A stretch of DNA of 64,000 nucleotides from Candidatus Thalassarchaeaceae archaeon (GCA_030748775.1 JASMLH010000002.1:13732-77731); one strand, 5' to 3'; counted from the stretch's first letter, positions 54,552 to 64,000 are shown. Notes: a model not told the origin generated them from the sequence alone. A program made the numbers and translations.

Positions 54552-55446
54552 CACCACTGTAAACGGTCAACGAATCGCTTCTTGCGAAGCACCCCAGAGT
54601 GAGACCATGCTCCTTGGCAAGATCTACGGCTAGTGTTGTTGGGCCACCAATAGCAATCATGATTGGGAAGCCTATGCGAAGGCATTTCTGTACCAATTCA
54701 AACGATGCCCTTCCGGATACAAATAGCAACTCTGATTTTGGAAAAACCTCATCTGAAACATAAGATCCAACCAGCTTGTCCATCGCATTGTGCCTACCAA
54801 CGTCTTCGAATATTCTCGAAATTTCACAGTTCATATTGAAGCTTGCACATGCATGTGAGCCACCGGTCTGCGAGAATAGTATTTGGCGAGTTTTCATCTC
54901 CTTCAAGCACACTCGAATCGCATCTATCCCAACACTCGTTTTTTCATCAAGCTCAGGTGCATGAATGTGTACTCTGTCATCAATTGTGCTACGTCCACAA
55001 ATTCCGCAAGCTGAAGTCACAGTTCCCGATCTACAGTGAAGATCAGGGTCGAAACCAGAATCATCGCCTAATGATACTGTGATTTGTTCGGAGTTATCTT
55101 CGATGGTTTCGATATCATCTATGGAATTGATAATTCCCTCAGAGAATAGGAATCCAATTACTAGATTCCTATCATCCCCTATTGTTCGCATAGTAACTCC
55201 AAGTTTTTGGATCCCGTGCTCATTTGTAACCACTGAAATTGCGAGTGCCTCCTCGCTTGTGACATAGTCCTGCTCCCTTGATATGGCCGAGTCCAAAACC
55301 TTCGCTATATCCCTCGTTTCGAATCCATCCACGGCCGGACGAGCGGTGACTGATTGATATGTGTGCTGTGTACAAAGAGGAACCGTTGAAATAGGGACTG
55401 TTTTTTCAGCGACATATGGGAATTCTGGGCGGCGAGGGTTTCTCAT
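54532..55446 (-). CDS. fdhD: Formate dehydrogenase accessory sulfurtransferase FdhD
   Basis: 304 aa. TSACGICG and GGSHACA motifs, with RHNAMDKL typical of FdhD. Confidence 0.85.
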   Translation of the reverse strand: MRNPRRPEFPYVAEKTVPISTVPLCTQHTYQSVTARPAVDGFETRDIAKVLDSAISREQDYVTSEEALAISVVTNEHGIQKLGVTMRTIGDDRNLVIGFLFSEGIINSIDDIETIEDNSEQITVSLGDDSGFDPDLHCRSGTVTSACGICGRSTIDDRVHIHAPELDEKTSVGIDAIRVCLKEMKTRQILFSQTGGSHACASFNMNCEISRIFEDVGRHNAMDKLVGSYVSDEVFPKSELLFVSGRASFELVQKCLRIGFPIMIAIGGPTTLAVDLAKEHGLTLGCFARSDSLTVYSGVRRIAQ

Positions 55447-55802
55447 TGCCAGTTGTCTCTGAAACGGAAGTTGTTCCTGTAGATATCCATTTTACAGAAT
55501 CGGCCAAATCCGCCTTAAAGGAGAGCATGAATGGGGACGAGGGCACACATTCATTGGTAATCAGTGCCCAATCTGGTGGATGCTCTGGGTATCTCTATGA
55601 CATGAAAATCGCTCAGGTACAAGATGATGATGGGTTTCAGAAGCTGGATATTGACGGAATCACAGTCTTTGTTCATGATAAGGACAGCTCCTTACTATCT
55701 GGAATTATTGTTGATTTCAAGGATACCCTGATGGGCGGAGGATTCCAGATAACCAATCCCAATGCGGACAGGTCTTGCGGGTGCGGCCAGTCGTTTGGCT
55801 GA
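55416..55802 (+). CDS. Iron-sulfur cluster insertion protein (IscA/HesB family)
   Basis: GGCSGYLY and the C-terminal CGCGQSF are HesB/IscA signatures. ATG 55416 overlaps the divergent fdhD 5' end; TTG 55446 is an alternative. Confidence 0.8.
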   Translation: MGILGGEGFSLPVVSETEVVPVDIHFTESAKSALKESMNGDEGTHSLVISAQSGGCSGYLYDMKIAQVQDDDGFQKLDIDGITVFVHDKDSSLLSGIIVDFKDTLMGGGFQITNPNADRSCGCGQSFG

Positions 55803-55811
55803 GGTCATCTC

Positions 55812-56720
55812 TTGAATGATTTTCTTGATCCTATAGCCGAACTCATCAATAGGAAGTCGTCATTTTCAGTACTCTCAGGGTCTGACTGCGTAGGTTTCCT
55901 TAATCGTTCATTGACAAGCGATATTTCTGAGTTAACCCACATGGAAAGACGTGATTCCGTTCTATGTGACGCAAATGGAAAAGTCATCGACATGGTAACA
56001 TTGTGTAGGTTGGATGACAAGATTCTGATGCTAACGCAATCTCAAGTCGATGACACAAGAAAACATCTCCAATCGGGCATCTCCTGGTCTGAAGATGTAT
56101 CAATTATTGATGGAAATAATGCATTAACACATCTGACATTGGTAGGCATGCACTGGCAAAGGGCACTTCTTGGAATTGGATTTGATCCAACCGAGCTCGA
56201 CGGAAATGAATGGGTTGAGTTTGGGAATATGCTATTTTCTCTCAATCGTGTCTATGGTGTAGATGTTATAGACATCGCATTACCAACAAATGAGGTAATG
56301 GATGCTACTAGTGCATTAATTGAGAATGGTTGTAGAGAGATGGATGACGATAGGTGGTACTATGTTCGGACCAATACCGGACTTGTAACTATCGAAGAGG
56401 CGAGCAATAGGATTCCTGCCCAGGTTTCACTGGGTGACCTTGTCGACTTGAAAAAGGGATGCTACCCTGGCCAGGAGATTCACGCTAGAATGGATAGTCG
56501 CGGCAAGTTGTTGAAACAGGTTGTACGAATTCGGGGCGACAAGCGAATAGATGTTGGGAAATACAAGGTCGACGGAATAGGGAGGTTGCACGTCATTTCA
56601 TCTACAGAATACAATGGAAAATCTATTGGTTACGCTATGGTTCCTAGTAGGGATTCAATAGAAGGGCAATATGATATTGATGGAAACGTGATACGAATCG
56701 AGAATTTCAGCTCTCCTTGA
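55812..56720 (+). CDS. YgfZ/IBA57-like folate-binding protein (GcvT fold)
   Basis: 302 aa. The signature KKGCYPGQEIHARMDSRGK matches the YgfZ K-G-C-Y-x-G-Q-E motif. TTG start with GAGGT 6 nt upstream. Confidence 0.75.
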   Translation: MNDFLDPIAELINRKSSFSVLSGSDCVGFLNRSLTSDISELTHMERRDSVLCDANGKVIDMVTLCRLDDKILMLTQSQVDDTRKHLQSGISWSEDVSIIDGNNALTHLTLVGMHWQRALLGIGFDPTELDGNEWVEFGNMLFSLNRVYGVDVIDIALPTNEVMDATSALIENGCREMDDDRWYYVRTNTGLVTIEEASNRIPAQVSLGDLVDLKKGCYPGQEIHARMDSRGKLLKQVVRIRGDKRIDVGKYKVDGIGRLHVISSTEYNGKSIGYAMVPSRDSIEGQYDIDGNVIRIENFSSP

Positions 56721-57780
56721 ATGCTTCCTCGAAGCTCTCACCAGATTCAACCCAATCTGTCAGTGGCATTAGCGGAACTAGCCTAAGTGAGCCATGGTCC
56801 CTGTTGAATAGGTAAACCATCGGATTAAACACAGACGACATTTGACTCTGGAATGTCTTCCTAACAGAGCCACCCCGATTCCTGAAGAATACAATTTCGA
56901 CTGTTATGCCGATAATTGTTGCAGTGTACAATACCAAGAGGACACTTATTGAGAATGCCACAGGATCGATAAGAAGCTGCCCTGTTCTAATCTTCGAACC
57001 GTACATTAACTGACGAGAAAGTAGGAACAATAGCCCCACCCCAACCCAGGGGCCCAGCTTGTCCTCTACGAATGCGTCCATCGGAATAATTCGCCTATTC
57101 GTGGGGTCCGCAAAGGTAAGTGTACTCTCCGTTGCAGCTCTGATTACAGATATCGCTGATACAAGAATGATGTATACTAGTGCACTGACCAGTAGAACCT
57201 TGCTCGAGCTAAGGGGTGCATAGGAGACAATGAGGTACGCAAACAAACCCAGAAATACTGTTGTTGGCATTCTATGAATCGATGCAAGAACCTTTTCCAG
57301 CCTTTTCGCTCCATCATCTAGCCTAGGTATGCCGATAATTTCCCAGCGCGTGTACCTCTGAATCAATATTGCCACGAATGACAAAACCTTCCTGTCTATT
57401 AGGACCCATTCAATAAATCTAAGAAACGGCATCATTGGGATTGTAATTACTGCTGCAAATAGACCAACGAGGGGCCAAAGAATTAGGCTAGGGAACAGCA
57501 GGAAGTGCTGTAGTCGTAGTGGATGAAGAAGATCAGACTCGATCCTTGCCTGCCTATCAGAGGTCAAATGGACCTTCCTAGCTTCAGCGTCCAATTCAGA
57601 CCTATAACGAATTAGTGGCATGCCGGAATCCAAGACTCTACGGACCTTTTCACGATAGTGCTCCTGTTCTGGCTCGATTCCCACCCACCACCTCCATGCG
57701 AAGGATACAGGCAGAGCGAAGAATACTGGTGAGGCTAGAATAAGAATGGACGTTACCAGGGACTCGTAGTCCTCTACCAT
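56707..57780 (-). CDS. Hypothetical polytopic membrane protein
   Basis: 357-aa ORF with about 8 hydrophobic segments. No motif recognised. Confidence 0.5.
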   Translation of the reverse strand: MVEDYESLVTSILILASPVFFALPVSFAWRWWVGIEPEQEHYREKVRRVLDSGMPLIRYRSELDAEARKVHLTSDRQARIESDLLHPLRLQHFLLFPSLILWPLVGLFAAVITIPMMPFLRFIEWVLIDRKVLSFVAILIQRYTRWEIIGIPRLDDGAKRLEKVLASIHRMPTTVFLGLFAYLIVSYAPLSSSKVLLVSALVYIILVSAISVIRAATESTLTFADPTNRRIIPMDAFVEDKLGPWVGVGLLFLLSRQLMYGSKIRTGQLLIDPVAFSISVLLVLYTATIIGITVEIVFFRNRGGSVRKTFQSQMSSVFNPMVYLFNRDHGSLRLVPLMPLTDWVESGESFEEAFKES

Positions 57781-57841
57781 ATATGCTGCATTACAACTAC
57801 GTCCAATAATGAAGCGGTCAAAATCTACTCTACGTACCTAT

Positions 57842-58453
57842 TCAGTTCGAGGCCAGGTAGTTCTCGTTTACAGCATCCCAGTCAACAACATTCCACCAGG
57901 AGTCGATATAATCGGCCCTTGCAGGACCGAATTTCTTGTAGTAGGCGTGCTCCCATACATCTAGGCCTAACAAGGGAACTCCGTCTCCTGTCATCAATGG
58001 GTTATCTTGGTTAGGAGTAGAGCAGATGCACAATTTTCCATTGCTAGAGCAGAGCCATGCCCAACCACTACCAAATCTTGTCATTGCGGCTTGGGCAAAC
58101 TCTTCCTTCATGGATTCGAACGATCCAAATGATTCGTCGATCGCATTAGCAATATCACCATTGGGGGTTCCACCACCACTTGGGCACATGGTCTTCCAGA
58201 ACATCGAGTGGTTCCAATATCCGCCACCGTTGTTTCTTACTGCAGCGTTATCGAAGTGATCAGTAATCAACTCTTCAATCGATTTTCCAGACATTTCGGT
58301 ACCATCGATTGCAGCATTAAGTTTCGCTGTGTAACCTGCATGGTGCTTGGAGTGATGTATCTCCATTGTTAATGCGTCCAAATGCGGCTCTAACTCATCG
58401 TATCCATAATTCAATTCCGGTAGCTCAAAACTCATATTTCTCGGGTTCTGCAT
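57842..58453 (-). CDS. sod: Fe/Mn superoxide dismutase
   Basis: 203 aa. HHSKHHAGY, WNHSMFW, and DVWEHAYY. Confidence 0.95.
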   Translation of the reverse strand: MQNPRNMSFELPELNYGYDELEPHLDALTMEIHHSKHHAGYTAKLNAAIDGTEMSGKSIEELITDHFDNAAVRNNGGGYWNHSMFWKTMCPSGGGTPNGDIANAIDESFGSFESMKEEFAQAAMTRFGSGWAWLCSSNGKLCICSTPNQDNPLMTGDGVPLLGLDVWEHAYYKKFGPARADYIDSWWNVVDWDAVNENYLASN

Positions 58454-58492
58454 GGGGTTTACGATTTCAAATATACTATCATTTTTCTCAAA

Positions 58493-59494
58493 ATGTTGAT
58501 GCGGGGTCTATCCTTGAGCTCAATTGTGGGAAGGATTGCGATTACTGATGGTATGGATGACCAGGCAATAAAAGCGCTTGAAGATGCAGGGCATGAAGTC
58601 ACTTCTACTCATTATTCGATCGAAGAGCTATTGGATGGAGTCCTAGCAGAATTTGATGCAGTTGTTGTTCGAAGCGCTACAAAGATTACTGCGGAAGTAT
58701 TAGCCTCATCATCATCTGATGGGTCAAAATTGGGATTCATAGGTAGAGCTGGTGTGGGAGTAGACAACATAGATGTCGCCGCAGCTACCAACAATGGCAT
58801 AGTCGTGTGCAATACTCCTGGAGCATCTACTAGAAGTGTTGTTGAGATGACCATTGGCCACTTTATTGCATCTGCGAGACATATTGCTCGTGCTGATCGT
58901 TCATTGAGAGAAGGTAAATGGCAGAAGAAGGAGCTCAAGGGAACTGAGATTGCTGGAAAGAGCCTGGGCTTAATCGGTCTTGGTAGGATTGCCAGAGGCG
59001 TTGCTGATGCAGCCTCTTCATTGGGAATGGAAGTACACGCATACGACCCATATGTACAATCTTCACCAGATTGGATCAATATGCATGACGACGTAGACGA
59101 TCTATTCAGAAAATGCACCCACATCTCAGTTCATTGTAATTTATCTGAGGAGACTAGGAATCTGGTTAATTCAGCAAGGATAGGGATGATGCCAGGCGTT
59201 GGAAATGACGGAACCGCATGTGGAAATCACATCGTGAGTTGTGCACGCGGTGGAATCGTTGATGAGTCCGATGCGGCAATGGCTTTACAGAACGGGCAAC
59301 TCCAAACATTGGCCCTAGATGTATTTGATAGAGAGCCTCTAGGTGATAGTGAATTGCTATCCTTGGATGGATTCCATGGCAGTCCCCATATCGCGGCTTC
59401 TACTATGGAAGCTCAAAGGAGGATAGGTACAGAGATGACCTCGCTCCTAATCGAATACTTCGAGACTGGAAGTCCTAGCACATCACTGAACTAG
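58493..59494 (+). CDS. D-isomer-specific 2-hydroxyacid dehydrogenase (phosphoglycerate dehydrogenase-like)
   Basis: GLIGLGRIARGVA NAD-binding motif and RGGIVDE catalytic region. The start is uncertain (ATG 58493/58499 or GTG 58526). Confidence 0.75.
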   Translation: MLMRGLSLSSIVGRIAITDGMDDQAIKALEDAGHEVTSTHYSIEELLDGVLAEFDAVVVRSATKITAEVLASSSSDGSKLGFIGRAGVGVDNIDVAAATNNGIVVCNTPGASTRSVVEMTIGHFIASARHIARADRSLREGKWQKKELKGTEIAGKSLGLIGLGRIARGVADAASSLGMEVHAYDPYVQSSPDWINMHDDVDDLFRKCTHISVHCNLSEETRNLVNSARIGMMPGVGNDGTACGNHIVSCARGGIVDESDAAMALQNGQLQTLALDVFDREPLGDSELLSLDGFHGSPHIAASTMEAQRRIGTEMTSLLIEYFETGSPSTSLN

Positions 59495-61966
59495 GTTGTG
59501 CATTTCACGAAGTGCCTGTTCGAAAACAGCCAAATTGATGGGTACTGAAATTCCATCGATCTCTGACTTTAGTGATATTCCTAGGTCTTTCTTTGCCTTC
59601 CAAACATTTGAATTGAATTCAGTCAGTTCTGCTGTTAGTTCGCGAAATCCGTCAAATTCACTGACACCACACGAATCAGGAATTTTCGGGAACTCTCGGA
59701 TGTCAACTGAGCTCTGTGAATACAATGTCGTGCTAAGGTAGTGGGTGAAAAACGGGCAAATGGGCGTAAACGCACTCAGAATATCTCGGACAACCCTGTG
59801 CAGGGTCCATGTTGCCGAGCCATCACCCCCGTATAGGCGCGATTTTGACATCTCAAGCCAATGACTTGGAAATATGCCCGTGGAAAATGACTTGATTGAT
59901 TGAGCGGCATTGTAGATATCAATATCGGACCATGCCATATGGACGGTAGTAAGGGTGTGGTCGAATTCTGCAAGAATCCAAACATCCTCTGGGGACAGTT
60001 CCGGAGGATTCTCAAGGTCATCAGGAGTGTCAAATTGACTAGCGAATCTAGCTACGTTGAAAATCTTGGTTAAAACTCCATAATACTTAGTTTCGATTTC
60101 TTCGGGGTTGATGTGAAAATCATCACCGACTTGTGCGTCACAGGCTTTCCACAACCTGAAACACTCGCTGCCGATCTTGTTTGCCTTTAGAGTAACCTGC
60201 TTTCCATCAGCCCCGCGAATTTTCCATGAGCCAGTTCGCCCACCAGCTCCACATTCGAGTACGCTGTCCGCGTCGATCCCGTTGCCAAGTGACTTGGACA
60301 TTTTACGGCCCCACGGATCCATCCCAAGGCCATCGACCCAAATGTTCTGAAAGCCGGGTTTATCAAGCAACAATGCACTCTTTAGAATTGTATAGTACAG
60401 CCATGTTCGGACAATTTCTTTGCCTTGAGGCCTGATTGATGTAGGGAACGCCTTTTCGAATAATTCTGGCTCGTTAAGGTAGCCTGAAACGAATAGGTTT
60501 GAATTCGAAGAGTCCATCCATGTATCGAAAACCTTCTCTTCTCCTACAATATCTCCCAGTTGATCCCGCAACGATTCGAAATCACCCAATATCTTCTTTG
60601 AGTCACGTTCCAATACTTGTGAGCCGGTAGGTGGCGACTCCCTCCATGGTTGAACGTAGCAGCCCTTGGGGGGTACGACGACCATTGACCTATCTTCAGA
60701 ATACCAAATTGGAACTTCCGTGTGATACCAGCGTCTCCTACTAATAGGCCAGTCGATAGATATTCCATCCATCCAATCATGGAGGAACTGCCTATTCCTT
60801 TCTGGGATGAATCTCGATTGATTGGTAAGTTCGGAAAGTCTGTCTAATACGGATGTCTGCTTTACGTACCACTCCTTCAGGAGAATGATCTCTATTGGGT
60901 TACCTCCTCGTTCACTAACCGGGACCTCTTGTTCGCGCTCTTCAATCGATTTTATCCGTCCCTCATTCTGAAGTAATCTAGTCGCCTCTACCCTAGCATC
61001 TTCTACGGAAAGCCCACTAAGGGGGCCAGATAACGATGTCATCTTACCATCAAGGTCGATTGCTGGGAATGGTCGCATACCAAGTTCTCGGAAAATAGAG
61101 ACATCATTTTGGTCGCCATATGAGCATACCATCAATATGCCTGAACCGAAGTCCATCTTTACAGAAGGATGAGTTTGAATTTGAACGAATGAGTCCCTAT
61201 TACTAACTGTGAGGGGAAGGTCAACAGTCTTTCCAATAAGATGCATATATCGCTCATCTTCGGGATGTACAACAACGACTCCACATGCACAAATCATCTC
61301 CGGCCTAGTCGTTGTGATCACAATTTCCTCACCGTCTTGAGTCTTCCAAACGACATCGCAAAGGTTAGTCATTCGCTGAATTCGCTGAACTTCCGCCTCA
61401 GCAATTGTTGTACCCTCAACAGGGTCGTAAATATTTGGGCGGAGATCTTCGATAATATCTCCACGCTTGAAAAGCTCAACGAAAATTGTCTGGGAAATTG
61501 CCCGATACTCAGGAGAGTCTGTGAGGTATTCATTTTCATAGTCACAGGACAAGCCCACCCTCTTTGCTGTCTGGCGCATAGCTTGTGTGTAACTTTCAAT
61601 CGTATCAGAACAAATGTCTAAGAATTCGGCTCTGTCGTATGTTCGCATCTTTCTACCGGTTTTCTTTTCGACTGTGAACTCAATGTTGATTCCATTTCTA
61701 TCGACTCCCCAAGGAAATCGTACTTCTTTACCAATAAGCCTCTGGCTTCGAGCTATTACGTCTATCATGCTGTATTGGGCAACTGCTCCGATGTGCCATG
61801 TGCCACTTGGATAGGGCGGGGGTGTGTCAATGATGAAAATCTCCCTATCACTAGTGGGGTCGAACTTGTATCTATCAGAATACTTGTCGTTGGAAAAGTG
61901 ATCTGCTTGAATCTTCTTCTCGAGATCAACGCTCCATCTCTTGTCTGAGATCTTCGGTTCGGCCAC
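59483..61966 (-). CDS. valS: Valyl-tRNA synthetase (class Ia)
   Basis: 827 aa with a GTG start. IIDTPPPYPSGTWHIGAV (archaeal ValRS-type PPPY context, HIGH degenerated to HIGA), a CP1 editing region, and KMSKSLGN. Confidence 0.8.
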   Translation of the reverse strand: MAEPKISDKRWSVDLEKKIQADHFSNDKYSDRYKFDPTSDREIFIIDTPPPYPSGTWHIGAVAQYSMIDVIARSQRLIGKEVRFPWGVDRNGINIEFTVEKKTGRKMRTYDRAEFLDICSDTIESYTQAMRQTAKRVGLSCDYENEYLTDSPEYRAISQTIFVELFKRGDIIEDLRPNIYDPVEGTTIAEAEVQRIQRMTNLCDVVWKTQDGEEIVITTTRPEMICACGVVVVHPEDERYMHLIGKTVDLPLTVSNRDSFVQIQTHPSVKMDFGSGILMVCSYGDQNDVSIFRELGMRPFPAIDLDGKMTSLSGPLSGLSVEDARVEATRLLQNEGRIKSIEEREQEVPVSERGGNPIEIILLKEWYVKQTSVLDRLSELTNQSRFIPERNRQFLHDWMDGISIDWPISRRRWYHTEVPIWYSEDRSMVVVPPKGCYVQPWRESPPTGSQVLERDSKKILGDFESLRDQLGDIVGEEKVFDTWMDSSNSNLFVSGYLNEPELFEKAFPTSIRPQGKEIVRTWLYYTILKSALLLDKPGFQNIWVDGLGMDPWGRKMSKSLGNGIDADSVLECGAGGRTGSWKIRGADGKQVTLKANKIGSECFRLWKACDAQVGDDFHINPEEIETKYYGVLTKIFNVARFASQFDTPDDLENPPELSPEDVWILAEFDHTLTTVHMAWSDIDIYNAAQSIKSFSTGIFPSHWLEMSKSRLYGGDGSATWTLHRVVRDILSAFTPICPFFTHYLSTTLYSQSSVDIREFPKIPDSCGVSEFDGFRELTAELTEFNSNVWKAKKDLGISLKSEIDGISVPINLAVFEQALREMHNLVQ

Positions 61967-62096
61967 TTATGTCACCAATTACCGGGCGATGCATTGCCCT
62001 CTTGACCATTGCCTATGATATGTGAAAATTGGATTCGATGTGACATCTCTGCCGACGGTTTGAAGGTATGCCGATTCGCGTGTCCGCTAGAGAGTC

Positions 62097-64000
62097 ATGC
62101 CCGATGATGAACGGACTAGTACCATCGAAGCCTTTGCAGGGTCAATAAAGTCCGGTGTCGAGGACAAGATGAAGTCCATAGATTCTGAGGAGCTACAGAG
62201 GTCATTGGGTTTGATTCCCAATCGAATTAGACGTAGTTTCGCCGAAGCTGAAAGTACCTCGCTTCTGACAATGTTTCCAAAGGTTGTAGTCGTATCAACA
62301 CTGATTTTCACTCTTTTCGTTGCTCAGTTCTCTGGAATACTCGACTGCCGAGATGGATTCGACAATGCAATATGTAACGAAGAGCCTGCCTTGAATGTAA
62401 ATGGGGATCTAGAGGTATATTTGCCTGAAAGTGACGAAGAGGATAGCGTGAAGAATCTTATCGCCTCTGTTGAGGAGGACTGGACTACTAACGTAATGGT
62501 GATTTATGTCGAATCCGAGAACTACAATGTTTCCCAGAAGCGAATTCTTGATGAAATCGACAAGGTCGAAAGGGAGCTAAATTATGCAATGAACGACGGC
62601 GGCTCTGAGGATGATTTCATCTACGTACTATCAATTTCCACCGTAATTAAGGAGGTAAATTCGAGCGGAGGGCGAGTTGTTAAGGCATTCTTTTCAGGAT
62701 TGGCGGAGGCAACTGGTAACGAGCAGCTTTCAGATGAGATCAATGACACAATTGATGCACAAAGCGACCTAATAGGCAATTACGCGATACCCGACGAGCA
62801 GGAGAGGATTGACCAGATACTACAAGAGATGCCTCAAAACGCTCTTGACAAGCTTGTCAGAGACGTGGGTACCGAAACGGAAGATAAAGCATACTACTGG
62901 AATCGTGGGGTGATAATTCTTGGAATTGCAGACGATGGGAACAAGTCTGTAGGTGATATTGTTGATGACACTCAACTTCGTATAAACGAAATAGCACTAA
63001 ACTCGGGATGGGAAGACCTCGCACTGACAATGACTCTAACTGGACCGGCCCCTCTTACAAATGCAGTTACTGAAGAGTCATTCAAGCTATTTTGGGAAGT
63101 ATTTCCCGTTGGCGTAATCTTTGTTGCTCTCGGTCTATTCCTATTCCACTGTGACCTTCTTCAGACTGGTAGAATACGATTTGTCCAGGGCATCAAAGTC
63201 GTAATTATTTCTGGCCTTCCTACACTGTGCGCTGTATGGGTTACCCTGGGTATGATCGGTCTTACCCAGTATGAAGTGACAATGACAGTAATCCTTGTTG
63301 GCCCTATTGTACTAGCATTAGGTGTCTCATACGGCCTCCATATAACAAATAGATATGCAGAGTGCAAAGGAACCCCCCAGGAGAAAATGGCCGTAGCTCT
63401 CAGTTCGACTGGGCGAGCCGTATTCCTTTCTGCCATGACCACTATAATTGGGTTCATCTCCCTTACATTTGCACCCATGAAACCCATACAGACGGTTGGC
63501 TGGGCATTGGCTGGCGGAATAGTGGTAGTCTATGTGATGACTATGTTGATGGTACCTAATCTTACTATCCTGCTAGACTTGAAGAAGCCATCCCATCCTC
63601 CTCCAAAGATATTCGTAGCAGCGGTAAATATGCCAGTAAAATGGTCCCGAATTACCCTCTCATTATTCCTAATTTTGATGCTTATTTCTGCGGGTTACAA
63701 TAGGAACAATGTAGAGGAGAATATCGATCTTCTAAAAATGGCCCCCAATGACGAGGATGATTGCCCCGTCTGCCCTGTGGATAAGATGGCCGTATATTCT
63801 GAGGAGTTTGAGGCCGGACAACCTGGCTTCCTACTAGTCGAGGCAGACATTCGTGCAGAGCCAGATCTAGGCTTAGGTGCCATAACTGCTGAACATCCTT
63901 ATGCCAATCTAGAAGGTATAGAGAATCTAGAGGGTAATTGCAATGATGTTCAGAATGCTACCGCAGTGTCGATTGTTTTCCTAATGAAAGCAATTGCCGT
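62097..64000 (+). CDS. RND-superfamily (MMPL/COG1033-type) exporter, 3'-truncated by the window end
   Basis: Not in the ORF track (no stop before 64000). The frame is open from the TAG at 62088, with ATG at 62097. TM1 VVVVSTLIFTLFVAQF, then a large loop, then a TM bundle with GLPTLCAVWVTLGMIGL...ILVGPIVLALGVSYGLHITNRY...RAVFLSAMTTIIGFISL, typical of the RND/SSD fold. Confidence 0.75.
   Translation, partial: MPDDERTSTIEAFAGSIKSGVEDKMKSIDSEELQRSLGLIPNRIRRSFAEAESTSLLTMFPKVVVVSTLIFTLFVAQFSGILDCRDGFDNAICNEEPALNVNGDLEVYLPESDEEDSVKNLIASVEEDWTTNVMVIYVESENYNVSQKRILDEIDKVERELNYAMNDGGSEDDFIYVLSISTVIKEVNSSGGRVVKAFFSGLAEATGNEQLSDEINDTIDAQSDLIGNYAIPDEQERIDQILQEMPQNALDKLVRDVGTETEDKAYYWNRGVIILGIADDGNKSVGDIVDDTQLRINEIALNSGWEDLALTMTLTGPAPLTNAVTEESFKLFWEVFPVGVIFVALGLFLFHCDLLQTGRIRFVQGIKVVIISGLPTLCAVWVTLGMIGLTQYEVTMTVILVGPIVLALGVSYGLHITNRYAECKGTPQEKMAVALSSTGRAVFLSAMTTIIGFISLTFAPMKPIQTVGWALAGGIVVVYVMTMLMVPNLTILLDLKKPSHPPPKIFVAAVNMPVKWSRITLSLFLILMLISAGYNRNNVEENIDLLKMAPNDEDDCPVCPVDKMAVYSEEFEAGQPGFLLVEADIRAEPDLGLGAITAEHPYANLEGIENLEGNCNDVQNATAVSIVFLMKAIA

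Noticed and set aside
62087-63883. Track ORFs 62087..62311 (-), 63161..63487 (-), 63362..63559 (+) and 63695..63883 (-).
   Set aside because: All lie within, or antisense to, a single long open plus-strand frame (62097 to the window end) that encodes an RND/MMPL-type exporter with typical TM motifs.
1-64000. Looked for CRISPR arrays, IS elements, transposases, integrases, toxin-antitoxin pairs and known defence genes.
   Set aside because: No regularly spaced direct repeats were found, and no ORF carries recognisable transposase, integrase, Cas or nuclease motifs. The window looks like core chromosome with tightly packed housekeeping operons.

Overview
This is a densely coding, syntenic archaeal chromosome segment. 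Archaeal markers include RpoH, an unsplit RpoB, RpoA', RpoA'', the ribosomal proteins eL30, eS1, eS17, eL31, eL39 and eS19, and PAN, Kae1, MBF1 and Tsr3. The gene set and marine-heterotroph metabolism suggest a Thermoplasmatota / Marine Group II-like euryarchaeon, but that lineage call is only inference. I found no CRISPR array, transposase, integrase or obvious defence genes.

Recognisable blocks, in order:
- Rieske/cytochrome b operon
- divergent FtsZ-like gene
- tRNA-Lys followed by the RNA polymerase operon and eL30
- a cluster of four paralogous coiled-coil proteins around a DtxR-containing operon of unknown membrane proteins
- pdxS, ferredoxin, eS1, MTAP, Tsr3, MBF1, PAN
- a complete histidine-degradation pathway using the formiminotransferase/cyclodeaminase route
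- tRNA-Val, Kae1, methylmalonyl-CoA mutase and epimerase
- a preQ0 (archaeosine precursor) operon
- an eS19-eL39-eL31-eS17 ribosomal operon
- a molybdopterin oxidoreductase with FdhD
- IscA with YgfZ, SOD, ValRS, and an open-ended RND-type exporter

Six genes are missing from the supplied ORF track because they are under 60 aa or run off the window: eL39, an RHH protein, a 50-aa zinc-ribbon protein, a 59-aa two-TM protein, the cytochrome b fragment and the RND exporter.

Most interesting observations:
1. The same roughly 60-aa HhH-like module is duplicated at the N-termini of RpoH and RpoA''. RpoA' and RpoB also carry large insertions.
2. Nested long-range helices bracket tRNA-Lys and overlap the rpoH Shine-Dalgarno sequence.
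3. A C-terminal peptide R(R/K)LG(V/T)SR is shared by MBF1 and two of the four coiled-coil paralogs.
4. Unusual fusions: eS1 with a SAP domain, and an Mtq2-like methyltransferase with a biotin ligase.
5. An uncharacterised operon links a zinc-ribbon-tailed surface protein, DtxR and a polytopic membrane protein.

All functional calls rest on motifs I recognised by eye. No searches were run.
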